Assembly (NCBI GenBank): GCA_009924165.1
Contig: RFSD01000001.1
Span: 1-50,770, forward strand
Reading direction: 5' to 3'
DNA length: 50,770 nucleotides
Source: Chitinophagia bacterium
GTDB taxonomy: Bacteria; Bacteroidota; Bacteroidia; Chitinophagales; Chitinophagaceae
Numbering within the stretch: the stretch's first letter is position 1; each line of letters starts with the position of its first letter. Positions 32,376 through 42,227 of this stretch are shown here, piece after piece. A model generated the notes under the pieces. It made no database searches and was not told the DNA's origin. It was given only the letters and a program-made list of their open reading frames with translations. The translations under genes and the position numbers were made by a program.

Positions 32376-32606
32376 TTAGCGGGAAAAATCAATCGGATCT
32401 TTCCAGGTTTTATAAAGCAAAAAGAAATATCCTACCGAACTAAGTATTAAGAAAAAATAATACAAATAGTTAAACCATTGCCAGTCTGCTTCCACAAATG
32501 CATAACCTAGCATGATCCCTAATGTGGAATTGAGTCCCATCCAGACGAGCGTAAAACCAATGGTTCTGGATATTCTATTTAAAAATGCCATTACTTCTGG
32601 ATCCAT
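32376..32606 (-). CDS. Small hypothetical membrane protein
   Basis: 76 aa, two hydrophobic segments; ATG overlaps the M23 stop (TAATG). Confidence 0.7.
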   Translation of the reverse strand: MDPEVMAFLNRISRTIGFTLVWMGLNSTLGIMLGYAFVEADWQWFNYLYYFFLILSSVGYFFLLYKTWKDPIDFSR

Positions 32607-33577
32607 TAGTCTAAGCTTTGTTTATTTGCTGCTGCTTCTTTCAATAAGCGATCAAATTGAGCAGGCGTTAAATCATTGAAAAAATAATAGACAGGATCTA
32701 CTTTAGCACCGCGTTTAATCACTTCATAATGCAAATGTGGTCCAGTACTCTTTCCTGTACTTCCTACATAACCAATCACTTCTCCCCTTTTAACAGACTG
32801 CCCCACTCTTGCCTTTACCCTAACCATATGTGCATATAAAGTTTGGAAACCATAGCCATGATTGATGACTACTTTATTACCATAACCATCCGTATTGAAT
32901 CCAGCAATTTGTACTACACCATCTGAAGTTGCATAAATTGGTGTACCAGTAGGTGCAGAGAAATCTAATCCAGGATGTAATCTAAAGTCTTTATATAGAG
33001 GATCTATTCGATAACCAAAACCTGATGCAACGCGTTTCATATTTTTATTACTTATCGGTTGAATGGCAGGAATGGCTCTTAATAATTTTTCTTTGTTCTT
33101 AACCATCGCAGTGATTTCAGTAAATGATTGGTCTTGAAAAGACATCCTTAAACTTAAATTATTCAATTGATTGCGCATGTTCTCAATCAGGGCAGTATTG
33201 GATAAGCTTTGGATGAGTCGAATCTCATTTTTGGCCAACATATCTTTTACCCTTGCACTATCCGGAATAGGCGTCGCCTCAAAAATGGAACGATATACTT
33301 CATTGTCTCTTTGTTCCAATTCTAACATTTGCAATTCCAATTGCTTCATACGTTCTTGTAAAACGGCATAGCTCTCTTTGTACGCAGTATTTTGTTGTCT
33401 TAATAACCTTTCTTTTGGCGAGTCGATAAATTTAAATAAAATAGCCACAAACAGGACGCCCACTGCAAGCGATGCAATGACAAATCCGATGGTTTGTAAT
33501 AGCCTTACTTTAAGGGGTACTTCGATTTTTTCGAACCTTAGCGTATGGGTGTTAAAGAAATATTTTATTTTCTTCAT
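32606..33577 (-). CDS. M23 family metallopeptidase
   Basis: TM helix, coiled coil, HPGLD (HxxxD), YAHM, STGPHLHYEV. Confidence 0.93.
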   Translation of the reverse strand: MKKIKYFFNTHTLRFEKIEVPLKVRLLQTIGFVIASLAVGVLFVAILFKFIDSPKERLLRQQNTAYKESYAVLQERMKQLELQMLELEQRDNEVYRSIFEATPIPDSARVKDMLAKNEIRLIQSLSNTALIENMRNQLNNLSLRMSFQDQSFTEITAMVKNKEKLLRAIPAIQPISNKNMKRVASGFGYRIDPLYKDFRLHPGLDFSAPTGTPIYATSDGVVQIAGFNTDGYGNKVVINHGYGFQTLYAHMVRVKARVGQSVKRGEVIGYVGSTGKSTGPHLHYEVIKRGAKVDPVYYFFNDLTPAQFDRLLKEAAANKQSLD

Positions 33578-33698
33578 GAAGCGTGATTATTTGCCTTCTA
33601 AAGTCACAAAAAAAGGCTCAAATGCTTACCTTTGGGGACGATTAGAAGCGCTACAAAGATAGCTTTTTAATTTAGCTCAAAGCTTAAAAAAACGTCCC

Positions 33699-36392
33699 AT
33701 GATGAAGAGTTCAGAAATAAGACAACTGTTTTTAGATTTTTTTGAATCGAAAGGACATGTCATTGTCCCGTCAGCACCTATCGTTGTAAAAAATGACCCA
33801 ACATTATTGTTTACCAATTCGGGCATGAACCAATTCAAGGATTATTTTTTAGGCAATTTACAACCAAAGCATACTAAAATTGCGGATACCCAAAAATGTT
33901 TGAGAGTTAGTGGTAAACACAATGATTTGGAGGAAGTGGGTGTAGACACCTACCATCATACGATGTTTGAAATGTTAGGGAACTGGAGTTTTGGTGATTA
34001 CTTTAAAGCAGAAGCCATTGCATGGAGCTGGGAATTACTAACCAAAGTGTATCAATTAGATCCAAATAGATTGTATGTCAGTGTATTTGAAGGGGACGCT
34101 TCAGAAAACCTACCTCCTTCAACTATTGCCTTAGAAGAATGGAAGAAATGGGTTACAGAGGACAAGATTATTTACGGAAATAAAAAAGATAATTTCTGGG
34201 AAATGGGAGATACAGGACCTTGTGGTCCTTGTAGTGAGATTCATATTGATATGCGTTCTGATGAAGAGATTGCATTGGTTCCTGGACGTGAATTGGTCAA
34301 TAAAGACCATCCTCAAGTCATAGAAATATGGAACAATGTATTCATGCAATACAATCGAAAAAAAGATGGCAGCCTAGAACCCTTGCCTAATAAGCATGTA
34401 GACACAGGAATGGGCTTTGAAAGATTGGTTCGTGCAATTCAGCATAAAAAAAGCAATTACGATACAGATGTTTTTACAGGAACGATTGATGCAGTTGCTG
34501 CCATTACGGGTAAAGTCTATGATTTTGGCGATAGTAAAGAAGCAGTGGCATTTCGTGTAATAGCAGATCATATTCGTGCCATCGCATTTGCGATTGCGGA
34601 TGGTCAATTGCCGTCTAATACTGGTGCTGGATATGTGATACGAAGAATTTTGAGAAGAGCTGTGCGTTACTATTATTCTTATTTGGATTATAAGCGTCCA
34701 TTGTTGTTTCAATTAATGCCCTTGTTAGCAAAACAATTTGAACATGTTTTCCCAGAGTTAAATCAACAATTGGAATTTGTAACCAAAGTGATTAAAGAGG
34801 AAGAAGAAGGCTTTTTAAGAACTTTAGAAAAAGGATTGAAGCGCATGGAAGATATCATTCATACGCAAGCTAAAAATAGTGTAGTGGAAGGTCAATTGGT
34901 TTTTGAATTGTTTGACACTTTTGGATTCCCAGTTGACTTAACAAGATTGATTGCAAGTGAAAATGAACTTTCAATTGATGAAGCTGGTTTCGAAAAAGAG
35001 ATGCAACAACAAAAAGACAGAAGTAGAGCTGCTACAGCTATTGATACAGGCGATTGGATACAAGTGGGCGAAGATGCAGTTACTTCATTCATTGGATATA
35101 CTTCAACAGAAGTATCTACACCAATTGTCAAGTACAGAAGTGTCAAGGCAAAAGGTAAAGAAGCCTACCAATGGGTTTTAGCAACTACCCCGTTTTATGC
35201 TGAAAGTGGTGGTCAGGTAGGTGATAAGGGGCAACTTACATTTGAAGATGGTACTGTACTTGCTGTAACGGATACAAAAAAAGAAAATAATTTATTCATT
35301 CATTTTACAGACAGTTTGCCAAAAAATATTGGTAGCACTGTAAAAGCTACAGTAGATAGTACTTTAAGAAATCATACCACTCAACACCATTCTGCCACAC
35401 ACTTGTTACATGCTGCATTAAGAACAGTATTAGGAAGGCATGTTACTCAAAAAGGAAGTTTAGTGCATGCTGACCAATTGCGTTTTGACTTTTCTCATTT
35501 TGCAAAAATGACCAACGAGGAAATTGAAGCAGTAACAAAATTGGTGAATGAAAAAGTAAAAGAAAATGTACCTGTGGTGATAAAAGAAATGACTAAAGAC
35601 GAGGCAATTGCACTGGGTGCGATGGCTTTATTTGGTGAAAAATATGGTGATAAAGTTCGTGTAGTTGTGATGGATCCAAATTACTCTATTGAATTATGTG
35701 GCGGAACCCATGTGGGAACAACAGGGGAAATTGGTCATTTTATGATTAAAGCAGAATCCTCTGTGGCAGCAGGTGTAAGGAGAATTGAAGCCGTTGTAGG
35801 ACATGCAGCAGAAGCATTTCAAGCAGAGGCAAAAGAAAAATTAAAAAAACAAGTTGCTCAATTAGAAGAAGCAAATGCGGTAATTGCAGCAAGCCTTCAT
35901 AAGAAAGAAACAAGTATAGACACTAGCACCTATACGATGGATCAGCTTTCGAATTATATTGTTGAGTTACAAAATCAACAAAGGGAACTCAAAAAAGCAT
36001 TAGAGAGTCAAGATGCCATCCTAGTGAACGAATTGGTGGAAGCCCAGCAAAATAGTTTCGAAATCATTGGTGGGGTAAATTACCTTGGACTTAAAGTTCA
36101 GTTAAGTCAGATAGATCAATATAAAAAAGCAGCTCAATTATTGTCTCAAACAAAGACAGGCGAAGTGATGGTTTTATTGGTTGGATCAGAAGGCGAAAAA
36201 GCTTTTGCAGCAATATCTATGAGTGAAGCCTTAGTTGCAAATAAAAAATGGGATGCGCCACAATTGATCAAAACACATATTGCGGGTTTGATAAAAGGTG
36301 GTGGCGGTGGTCAAAAAACATTGGCAACAGCTGGGGGACAGGATACTAGTCAATTAGAACTCGTACTTTCAACTATCAAATCTCTATTATAA
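33699..36392 (+). CDS. alaS: Alanine--tRNA ligase
   Basis: DPTLLFTNSGM, HHTMFEMLGNWSFGDYFK, DTGMGFER, HSATHLLH, ELCGGTH, GGGGGQ. Confidence 0.98.
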   Translation: MMKSSEIRQLFLDFFESKGHVIVPSAPIVVKNDPTLLFTNSGMNQFKDYFLGNLQPKHTKIADTQKCLRVSGKHNDLEEVGVDTYHHTMFEMLGNWSFGDYFKAEAIAWSWELLTKVYQLDPNRLYVSVFEGDASENLPPSTIALEEWKKWVTEDKIIYGNKKDNFWEMGDTGPCGPCSEIHIDMRSDEEIALVPGRELVNKDHPQVIEIWNNVFMQYNRKKDGSLEPLPNKHVDTGMGFERLVRAIQHKKSNYDTDVFTGTIDAVAAITGKVYDFGDSKEAVAFRVIADHIRAIAFAIADGQLPSNTGAGYVIRRILRRAVRYYYSYLDYKRPLLFQLMPLLAKQFEHVFPELNQQLEFVTKVIKEEEEGFLRTLEKGLKRMEDIIHTQAKNSVVEGQLVFELFDTFGFPVDLTRLIASENELSIDEAGFEKEMQQQKDRSRAATAIDTGDWIQVGEDAVTSFIGYTSTEVSTPIVKYRSVKAKGKEAYQWVLATTPFYAESGGQVGDKGQLTFEDGTVLAVTDTKKENNLFIHFTDSLPKNIGSTVKATVDSTLRNHTTQHHSATHLLHAALRTVLGRHVTQKGSLVHADQLRFDFSHFAKMTNEEIEAVTKLVNEKVKENVPVVIKEMTKDEAIALGAMALFGEKYGDKVRVVVMDPNYSIELCGGTHVGTTGEIGHFMIKAESSVAAGVRRIEAVVGHAAEAFQAEAKEKLKKQVAQLEEANAVIAASLHKKETSIDTSTYTMDQLSNYIVELQNQQRELKKALESQDAILVNELVEAQQNSFEIIGGVNYLGLKVQLSQIDQYKKAAQLLSQTKTGEVMVLLVGSEGEKAFAAISMSEALVANKKWDAPQLIKTHIAGLIKGGGGGQKTLATAGGQDTSQLELVLSTIKSLL

Positions 36393-36440
36393 CACCAGGC
36401 TATTTGAAAACCTCTCATTTCAAAATAGAAAATTTATTTT

Positions 36441-37577
36441 ATGATAAAAAAATTAAGCATTGCAGTATTTAGTATGTTGTTTTTCATACTAACTGGATGT
36501 AAAGATAAAAATCAAGACGCACGTTATAGCGTTTCTGGAACCATCAAAAATGCTGCAAATAAACAATTGTTGTTACAGGAGATTCCCTATGGTGGAAAAC
36601 CAATCCTTACATTGGATTCTATCACGCTCGATGCTGATGGAAAATACAATTTTGAATTTATTGCAAAACAGGAAGGTATCTACCGACTAAGCAGTGGAGA
36701 TGAATTAGATATAAGCTTCATCAATGATGAGGAGCAAATACAGATTAATGCTGATGCCACGGATTTCGCAAGCTATACTGTAAAGGGTTCTCCGCATAGT
36801 ACTGCTATGATTGAATATATGAAAGCCTACAAGTCAAAAGATTCTTCTTTATTTGCGACACTTTATGCTTTAGATAATTTGCAAAAAAGCAATGGTAAAG
36901 ACAGTACTATTTTTTATTTACAACAACAGAAAGATAAAAAAATCAAAGCACTCAATGACCATGTTGAAAATACCATCAACAGTTCAAATAGCCCAGCACT
37001 TATTTATTTTGCATTAGGTATGGCTTTAAGATCGATGGAAATTAATAAAGTATTAGCGATGGCTAAGGGTGTTGCGGAAAAAACTAAAGCCGAATCTTTA
37101 ATTGAATTTGTTACAACTTTAAGTGGGCAAGTGCAGGCATCAAGTCCAGCGACTGCAATCACGGTTGGTGCAATGGCACCAGAGATTGCTCTACAAGATC
37201 CCACAGGAAAAATCATCACATTGAGTAGCTTAAAAGGTAAATATGTTTTAGTTGACTTTTGGGCAAGCTGGTGTGGCCCTTGTAGAAGAGAAAATCCAAA
37301 CGTCGTTGCTGCCTATGAGCAATTCAAACTTAAGAATTTTACAATTCTTGGCGTTTCTTTGGATGATGATAAAGAAGATTGGCTTGAAGCTATCCAACAA
37401 GACAAATTAAATTGGTTACAAGTAAGTGATTTAAAAAAATGGGAAAGTACTGTTGTGGGTGTTTATCAAATTCAGGGTATTCCATTTAATGTACTTTTAG
37501 ATCCAACAGGAAAAATTATTGCAACAGACTTAAGAGGTACTGCTTTACAAAACACATTAAAACAATTGCTTCCTTAG
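36441..37577 (+). CDS. TlpA-family thiol:disulfide oxidoreductase lipoprotein
   Basis: Lipobox LTGC; C-terminal DFWASWCGPCR, GIP. Confidence 0.92.
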   Translation: MIKKLSIAVFSMLFFILTGCKDKNQDARYSVSGTIKNAANKQLLLQEIPYGGKPILTLDSITLDADGKYNFEFIAKQEGIYRLSSGDELDISFINDEEQIQINADATDFASYTVKGSPHSTAMIEYMKAYKSKDSSLFATLYALDNLQKSNGKDSTIFYLQQQKDKKIKALNDHVENTINSSNSPALIYFALGMALRSMEINKVLAMAKGVAEKTKAESLIEFVTTLSGQVQASSPATAITVGAMAPEIALQDPTGKIITLSSLKGKYVLVDFWASWCGPCRRENPNVVAAYEQFKLKNFTILGVSLDDDKEDWLEAIQQDKLNWLQVSDLKKWESTVVGVYQIQGIPFNVLLDPTGKIIATDLRGTALQNTLKQLLP

Positions 37578-37625
37578 TATATCAAAAATGAATTGAAGTT
37601 CACTTTAAATGAAATAACTCTTTTA

Positions 37626-37661
37626 TAAAAATAGCGCTTCAATAATGAAGCGCTATTTTTA
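37626..37661. terminator. Bidirectional intrinsic terminator
   Basis: TAAAAATAGCGCTTCA-N4-TGAAGCGCTATTTTTA. Confidence 0.9.
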
Positions 37662-37686
37662 TGATGATACCTAGGATTTAATTAAA

Positions 37687-40014
37687 TTACTTTGACTTAA
37701 TAAAGGATTTAATTAAGGCTGGAAGTAATACTAAGTTCGTGAGCGTGCTAACCACTAAAGTAATCGAAGTCAACCAGCCCAGTGCTTTTGTTCCTCCAAA
37801 ATCACTAAAACAGAAAATGATAAAACCAGCTACCAAAACCAAAGAGGTATAAATGATACTAATACCAGTATGCTTGATTGTCTGTACCAATGTGGTATGC
37901 ACTTGGTAATTTAAATGTGGTAATTCCTGCTTATAGTTCACTAAAAAACGAATTGTCACATCTATCGCAATGCCCAATGCCACACTAAAAACCAAGACTG
38001 TAGAAGGCTTTAAAGAAACCCCAGTCCATCCCATGATACCTGCTGTAATAAATAGGGGCACTATATTTGGTATCAAAGAACAAATTAAAATAGGGAAAGA
38101 CCTAAATAAGAAAATCATACATATAGCAATCAATAAAAAAGCCCAGAAAATAGATTCTCCCAAACCCTTTACAATAAAATTACTCCCTTCCAAAAATGTC
38201 ACACTACTACCTGTAATCACTACATTGTATTTAGCTGTATCAAAAATAGCGACAGAAGCACTATCTATTTTCTGTAATAATCCTGGAAGCTGAGCACTGC
38301 CAATATCCTTCATATTGACACTGATTCTTGTTTGGCGTTTAGCTGAATCAATGAACTTACTCAATAGTTGTGCTGGATTATTTCCTGCTGGTTTTACACC
38401 TTCCTTAGGTGCTGCACTTGCAAAATAGGGACCAATGAATGCCATTTCTGTTCCTGTTGGCACTGTATAGGATAAACTATCCCCATCATAAAATGCTTGC
38501 TTGGCAAATTTGATACCTTCTAGTAATCCTAATGGCTTGCCCAATTCTGGTTGCTCTAATAGGAAGGTATTGAAATCGTCTATTTGCTCTAAAGGCTTGA
38601 TAGATCTGATTAAACCATTAGTTTTTTTTGTATCTACCAATATCTCTAAAGGCATCACCCCACCAGCGTGTTGTTCAAACCATTTTAAATCGGTGTACAA
38701 TTTATCTTGTTTTGGCAAATCGTCTACAATAAATGCTTCTTTTTTTATTTGTAAAACGCCTACCAATGAAACAAGAATTGCAAGGATGGTGATTCCAAAG
38801 ACCCACTTCGTATGGGCAAATGCCCAACGCTCTATCTTAATCAATATCCTTTCTAAATATTGGTTGTCTAAATAACGAATATGTTTTGCTTTTGGTGCAG
38901 GTAAATAGGAGAGTACTGGAGGTATAAAAAATAAACTAATGAAAAATAAAATCATTATGTTCAATCCAGATACCCAACCAAATTCTTTAAGCAGTGGACT
39001 CTTGGTTAATGCAAATACAAAGAAGCCAATAGCAGCAGTAATATTACAAAATAAAGTCACTACACCCATCCTACCTACCATCTGCACAAGCGCCTTTTCC
39101 TTATCGTTTGTTTCCTTATAAGAAGTATGATATTTATTTAAAAAGTAAATACAGTTTGGGATGCCTATCACTACAATCAATGGTGGAATCAAAGCAGTTA
39201 ATAAAGTAATCTTTTGTCCCAATAACACCATGGTACCTAAACTCCATATCACACCCATCAAAACCACGGCCAAGCTCATGACAGTTGCAGAAACAGATCT
39301 AAAGAAAACCAATAATGTTATGGCTGATAAAATAAGCGACCCAATCAAAAACCAAAGCATTTCTTTTTTAATGCGATCCGCCATGATGGTTCTAATAAAT
39401 GGCAAGCCACTGATATGTACTTCCGTCTTAGCAGATTGACTAAAGCGATCTAATTCATCTTGTATACTACCAATGATTTTGGTTCTAGAAACGCTATTGA
39501 TAGAATCGGCGATAAAAGAAATCGCCATGATATAACTATTGCTATCTGGATTATATAACAAGTTTTGATAGAAAGGTAGGTTCTCAAAAACTGTTTGGTC
39601 TGCTAATAGTAAACTATCCGATGTATAAGGTGCATGAAATATTTTAGCAGCGTTGAACTTGGTATCGATACTGTCTTTAGTAATCGTATAGGCAGTTGGA
39701 ATACTCATCACCTCGGCGACTGCACTATTTTGTTTGATGGTCTTATGCAAAGCATCTACTTGATTAAAGAAGTCCTTTGAATAAAAATGATCCGTCTTAA
39801 ATCCAACTACCACTGTTGTGCCATCTACGCCATATTTTTTTACAAATTCGTTATAGACAATAAATTTTGGGTTATCAGAAGGGATAGCCTTCGTATACTC
39901 ATAACTAAGTTTAATTTGTACAGCAAAATAGCCCATCACAACTGTACTCAAGAGTATAAAAAACAAATAGGTTTTTTTATACTTTAAAATATTTTGTCCT
40001 AAACGATACCACAT
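37687..40014 (-). CDS. MMPL/RND-superfamily transporter
   Basis: Two repeats of periplasmic domain plus TM bundle; GIPNCIY, GIAIDVTIRF. Confidence 0.9.
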   Translation of the reverse strand: MWYRLGQNILKYKKTYLFFILLSTVVMGYFAVQIKLSYEYTKAIPSDNPKFIVYNEFVKKYGVDGTTVVVGFKTDHFYSKDFFNQVDALHKTIKQNSAVAEVMSIPTAYTITKDSIDTKFNAAKIFHAPYTSDSLLLADQTVFENLPFYQNLLYNPDSNSYIMAISFIADSINSVSRTKIIGSIQDELDRFSQSAKTEVHISGLPFIRTIMADRIKKEMLWFLIGSLILSAITLLVFFRSVSATVMSLAVVLMGVIWSLGTMVLLGQKITLLTALIPPLIVVIGIPNCIYFLNKYHTSYKETNDKEKALVQMVGRMGVVTLFCNITAAIGFFVFALTKSPLLKEFGWVSGLNIMILFFISLFFIPPVLSYLPAPKAKHIRYLDNQYLERILIKIERWAFAHTKWVFGITILAILVSLVGVLQIKKEAFIVDDLPKQDKLYTDLKWFEQHAGGVMPLEILVDTKKTNGLIRSIKPLEQIDDFNTFLLEQPELGKPLGLLEGIKFAKQAFYDGDSLSYTVPTGTEMAFIGPYFASAAPKEGVKPAGNNPAQLLSKFIDSAKRQTRISVNMKDIGSAQLPGLLQKIDSASVAIFDTAKYNVVITGSSVTFLEGSNFIVKGLGESIFWAFLLIAICMIFLFRSFPILICSLIPNIVPLFITAGIMGWTGVSLKPSTVLVFSVALGIAIDVTIRFLVNYKQELPHLNYQVHTTLVQTIKHTGISIIYTSLVLVAGFIIFCFSDFGGTKALGWLTSITLVVSTLTNLVLLPALIKSFIKSK

Positions 40015-40029
40015 AAGCTTTATTTTAAT

Positions 40030-40668
40030 TTACACTACCCACAAATAAGCGGCCACCTGAGTGAACACCCCTATGAACAATCCTACAATTAATTCTTTTT
40101 TAGTATGATCACTAACAACCAATCTTGCACTAATAACCAACGCCGTTAAAAGTATAGCCAATAACACCCAAACTGCATTATTCACTGGATAAAAAACACT
40201 TACTAAAATAACTGCCGTTGTCAAACCAGCGATACCCATTGCATGCAAGCTTACTTTCATGAAATTATTCACCGTCATACCAATGGCACTTGCTACAAAT
40301 ATGCCTAAGTAAAAGAATTTTAAAGCAATAGGTTGGTCTGTAAAATTTCTACTGAGGTAGTACATCCACCAATAAAAAAACATCGTGATTACATAAGGAA
40401 TAATTCTTTCCTTTTGAGTTCTCAAAAAAATACTATCACTTAATTTTAATCTCCATAACAAGAAAACTGCAAAAGCAGGAAAAAAAGCTGTCAACCAGGC
40501 TACACTAAATAAACGCATTTTTAATTGCCATTCAGATATACCAACGAATTCAAATGGCAATACTTGCTTTAAAAAAAGAAAGAAATAGGTAGGGATAAAA
40601 AGTGGATGCAAAACATAAGACAATAAATGTGCTACATATTTGACTACTTTAGGTTGTGTATTTTCCAT
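40030..40668 (-). CDS. Conserved membrane protein (PAP2-like C-terminus)
   Basis: SYVLHPLFIP, ERIIP, KVSLHAMG, SARL...H...E; start may be 40668 or 40686. Confidence 0.75.
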   Translation of the reverse strand: MENTQPKVVKYVAHLLSYVLHPLFIPTYFFLFLKQVLPFEFVGISEWQLKMRLFSVAWLTAFFPAFAVFLLWRLKLSDSIFLRTQKERIIPYVITMFFYWWMYYLSRNFTDQPIALKFFYLGIFVASAIGMTVNNFMKVSLHAMGIAGLTTAVILVSVFYPVNNAVWVLLAILLTALVISARLVVSDHTKKELIVGLFIGVFTQVAAYLWVV

Positions 40669-40679
40669 AGTTGAATTGT

Positions 40680-42218
40680 CTACCATTCTTTTCTAAGTCT
40701 TGCGACTGGTATATTTAAGAGTTCTCTATATTTTGCGACTGTTCTTCTTGCAATATTGTAGCCTTTTTCTTGTAATTGATCGGTTAACTCATCATCACTT
40801 AAGGGCTTTAGTTTGTCTTCCCCTTCAATTAATTCTCTCAGGATTGCTTTCACCTCTTTTGTACTTACTTCCTCGCCACTATCTGTGGTTAAAGATTCAC
40901 TAAAGAAATATTTTAATAAATAAGTGCCAAATTCGGTTTGTACGTACTTGCTGTTAGCTACCCGACTCACTGTGGAGACATCTAAATTTGTTTTTTCTGC
41001 AATGTCTTTTAAAATCATTGGACGAAGGGATGTGGTATCTCCACTCAAAAAGAATGCAGACTGATAATCTAAAATTGCATTCATTGTCAACAATAAGGTC
41101 TGTTGTCTTTGCAGGATCATTTCGATAAACCATTTTGCTGAATCAATTTTTTGCTTAATAAAAAAGATCGCTTCCTTTTGAGACTTATCTTGTTTCTTTC
41201 CACCTTCATATTCTTTCAGCATCAACTTATAATCATCACTTATGACCAATGGAGGCGCATTGCGACTATTCAATGTTAATTCTAATTTGCCGTTATTAAT
41301 TAGTACTGTAAAATCTGGAATGATATACATTTCTGCCTCATTGGTATAACTCGTCTCCGCGCCCGGCTTTGGATTCAGGGTTAGAATTTGGTGCAATACT
41401 TCCTTCATTCCAGATTCGTCTAAGTGTAAACTTTTTTGAATCTTATCGTAGTGCTTTCTTGTGAATTCTTCGAAATATTTTTCTAAAATTAGAATAGCGA
41501 TTTTCCTTGCTTCATCATCGGAATATAATTTGCCTCTGCTATCCGACAAATGTGCCGACTCGCCTTCGCCTTTTCTTCGTAATTGAATTAATAAACATTC
41601 TTTCAAATCTCTTGCAGCAATACCAACTGGATCAAATGCTTGAACCTGTTTTAATATTTGTTCAATTTCTTTTTCCTCTACCCACATGCTTTGCTTAAAA
41701 GCCAAGTCATCTGCAATCGACTGCATAGCCCTTCTCAAATATCCATCGTCATCTAAACTGCCTATAATTTGTTCTGCAATTTTAAATGACCTTTCATCTA
41801 ATGCAAGCATACTTAATTGATCCATCAACACTTCGTGCAAACTCATTTCCGCTTTAATCGGAATCACTTTATCATTATCTAGTTCGGGGTAAAAATCGTC
41901 TCTTGTTTTATAATCTGCTACTTCATCATCATAGCTGTATTCACTTAGCTCTTCGTTACTCATCTCGAATTCATCTACAGGCACTGCTTCTTCATCTTCA
42001 TGCATATCCTGCAGCAATTCATCATTCATTTCTTCTGGGGATGTAAAGTCAGACTCGAGTAAGGCAACATCCACTTCTAAAGCTGGATTCTCCTCTAATT
42101 CTTCTTTAATTCTTTGCTCAATCTGTGCACTAGGAATTTGCAACAATTTCATCAATTGGATTTGCTGAGGCGACAATCTTTGTAATTGTCTTTGCTGCAT
42201 GGATTGTCCTAGTGCCAT
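40680..42218 (-). CDS. rpoN: RNA polymerase sigma-54 factor
   Basis: Gln-rich region I, ENPALE, STVSRV, RpoN box ARRTVAKYR. Confidence 0.97.
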   Translation of the reverse strand: MALGQSMQQRQLQRLSPQQIQLMKLLQIPSAQIEQRIKEELEENPALEVDVALLESDFTSPEEMNDELLQDMHEDEEAVPVDEFEMSNEELSEYSYDDEVADYKTRDDFYPELDNDKVIPIKAEMSLHEVLMDQLSMLALDERSFKIAEQIIGSLDDDGYLRRAMQSIADDLAFKQSMWVEEKEIEQILKQVQAFDPVGIAARDLKECLLIQLRRKGEGESAHLSDSRGKLYSDDEARKIAILILEKYFEEFTRKHYDKIQKSLHLDESGMKEVLHQILTLNPKPGAETSYTNEAEMYIIPDFTVLINNGKLELTLNSRNAPPLVISDDYKLMLKEYEGGKKQDKSQKEAIFFIKQKIDSAKWFIEMILQRQQTLLLTMNAILDYQSAFFLSGDTTSLRPMILKDIAEKTNLDVSTVSRVANSKYVQTEFGTYLLKYFFSESLTTDSGEEVSTKEVKAILRELIEGEDKLKPLSDDELTDQLQEKGYNIARRTVAKYRELLNIPVARLRKEW

Positions 42219-42227
42219 AACCTTAGC

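Noticed and set aside
35800-36050. Seemingly lengthened coiled-coil linker in AlaRS; also a short insert in RpoN near 41510-41575
   Set aside because: Both fall in variable regions and cannot be judged without alignments.
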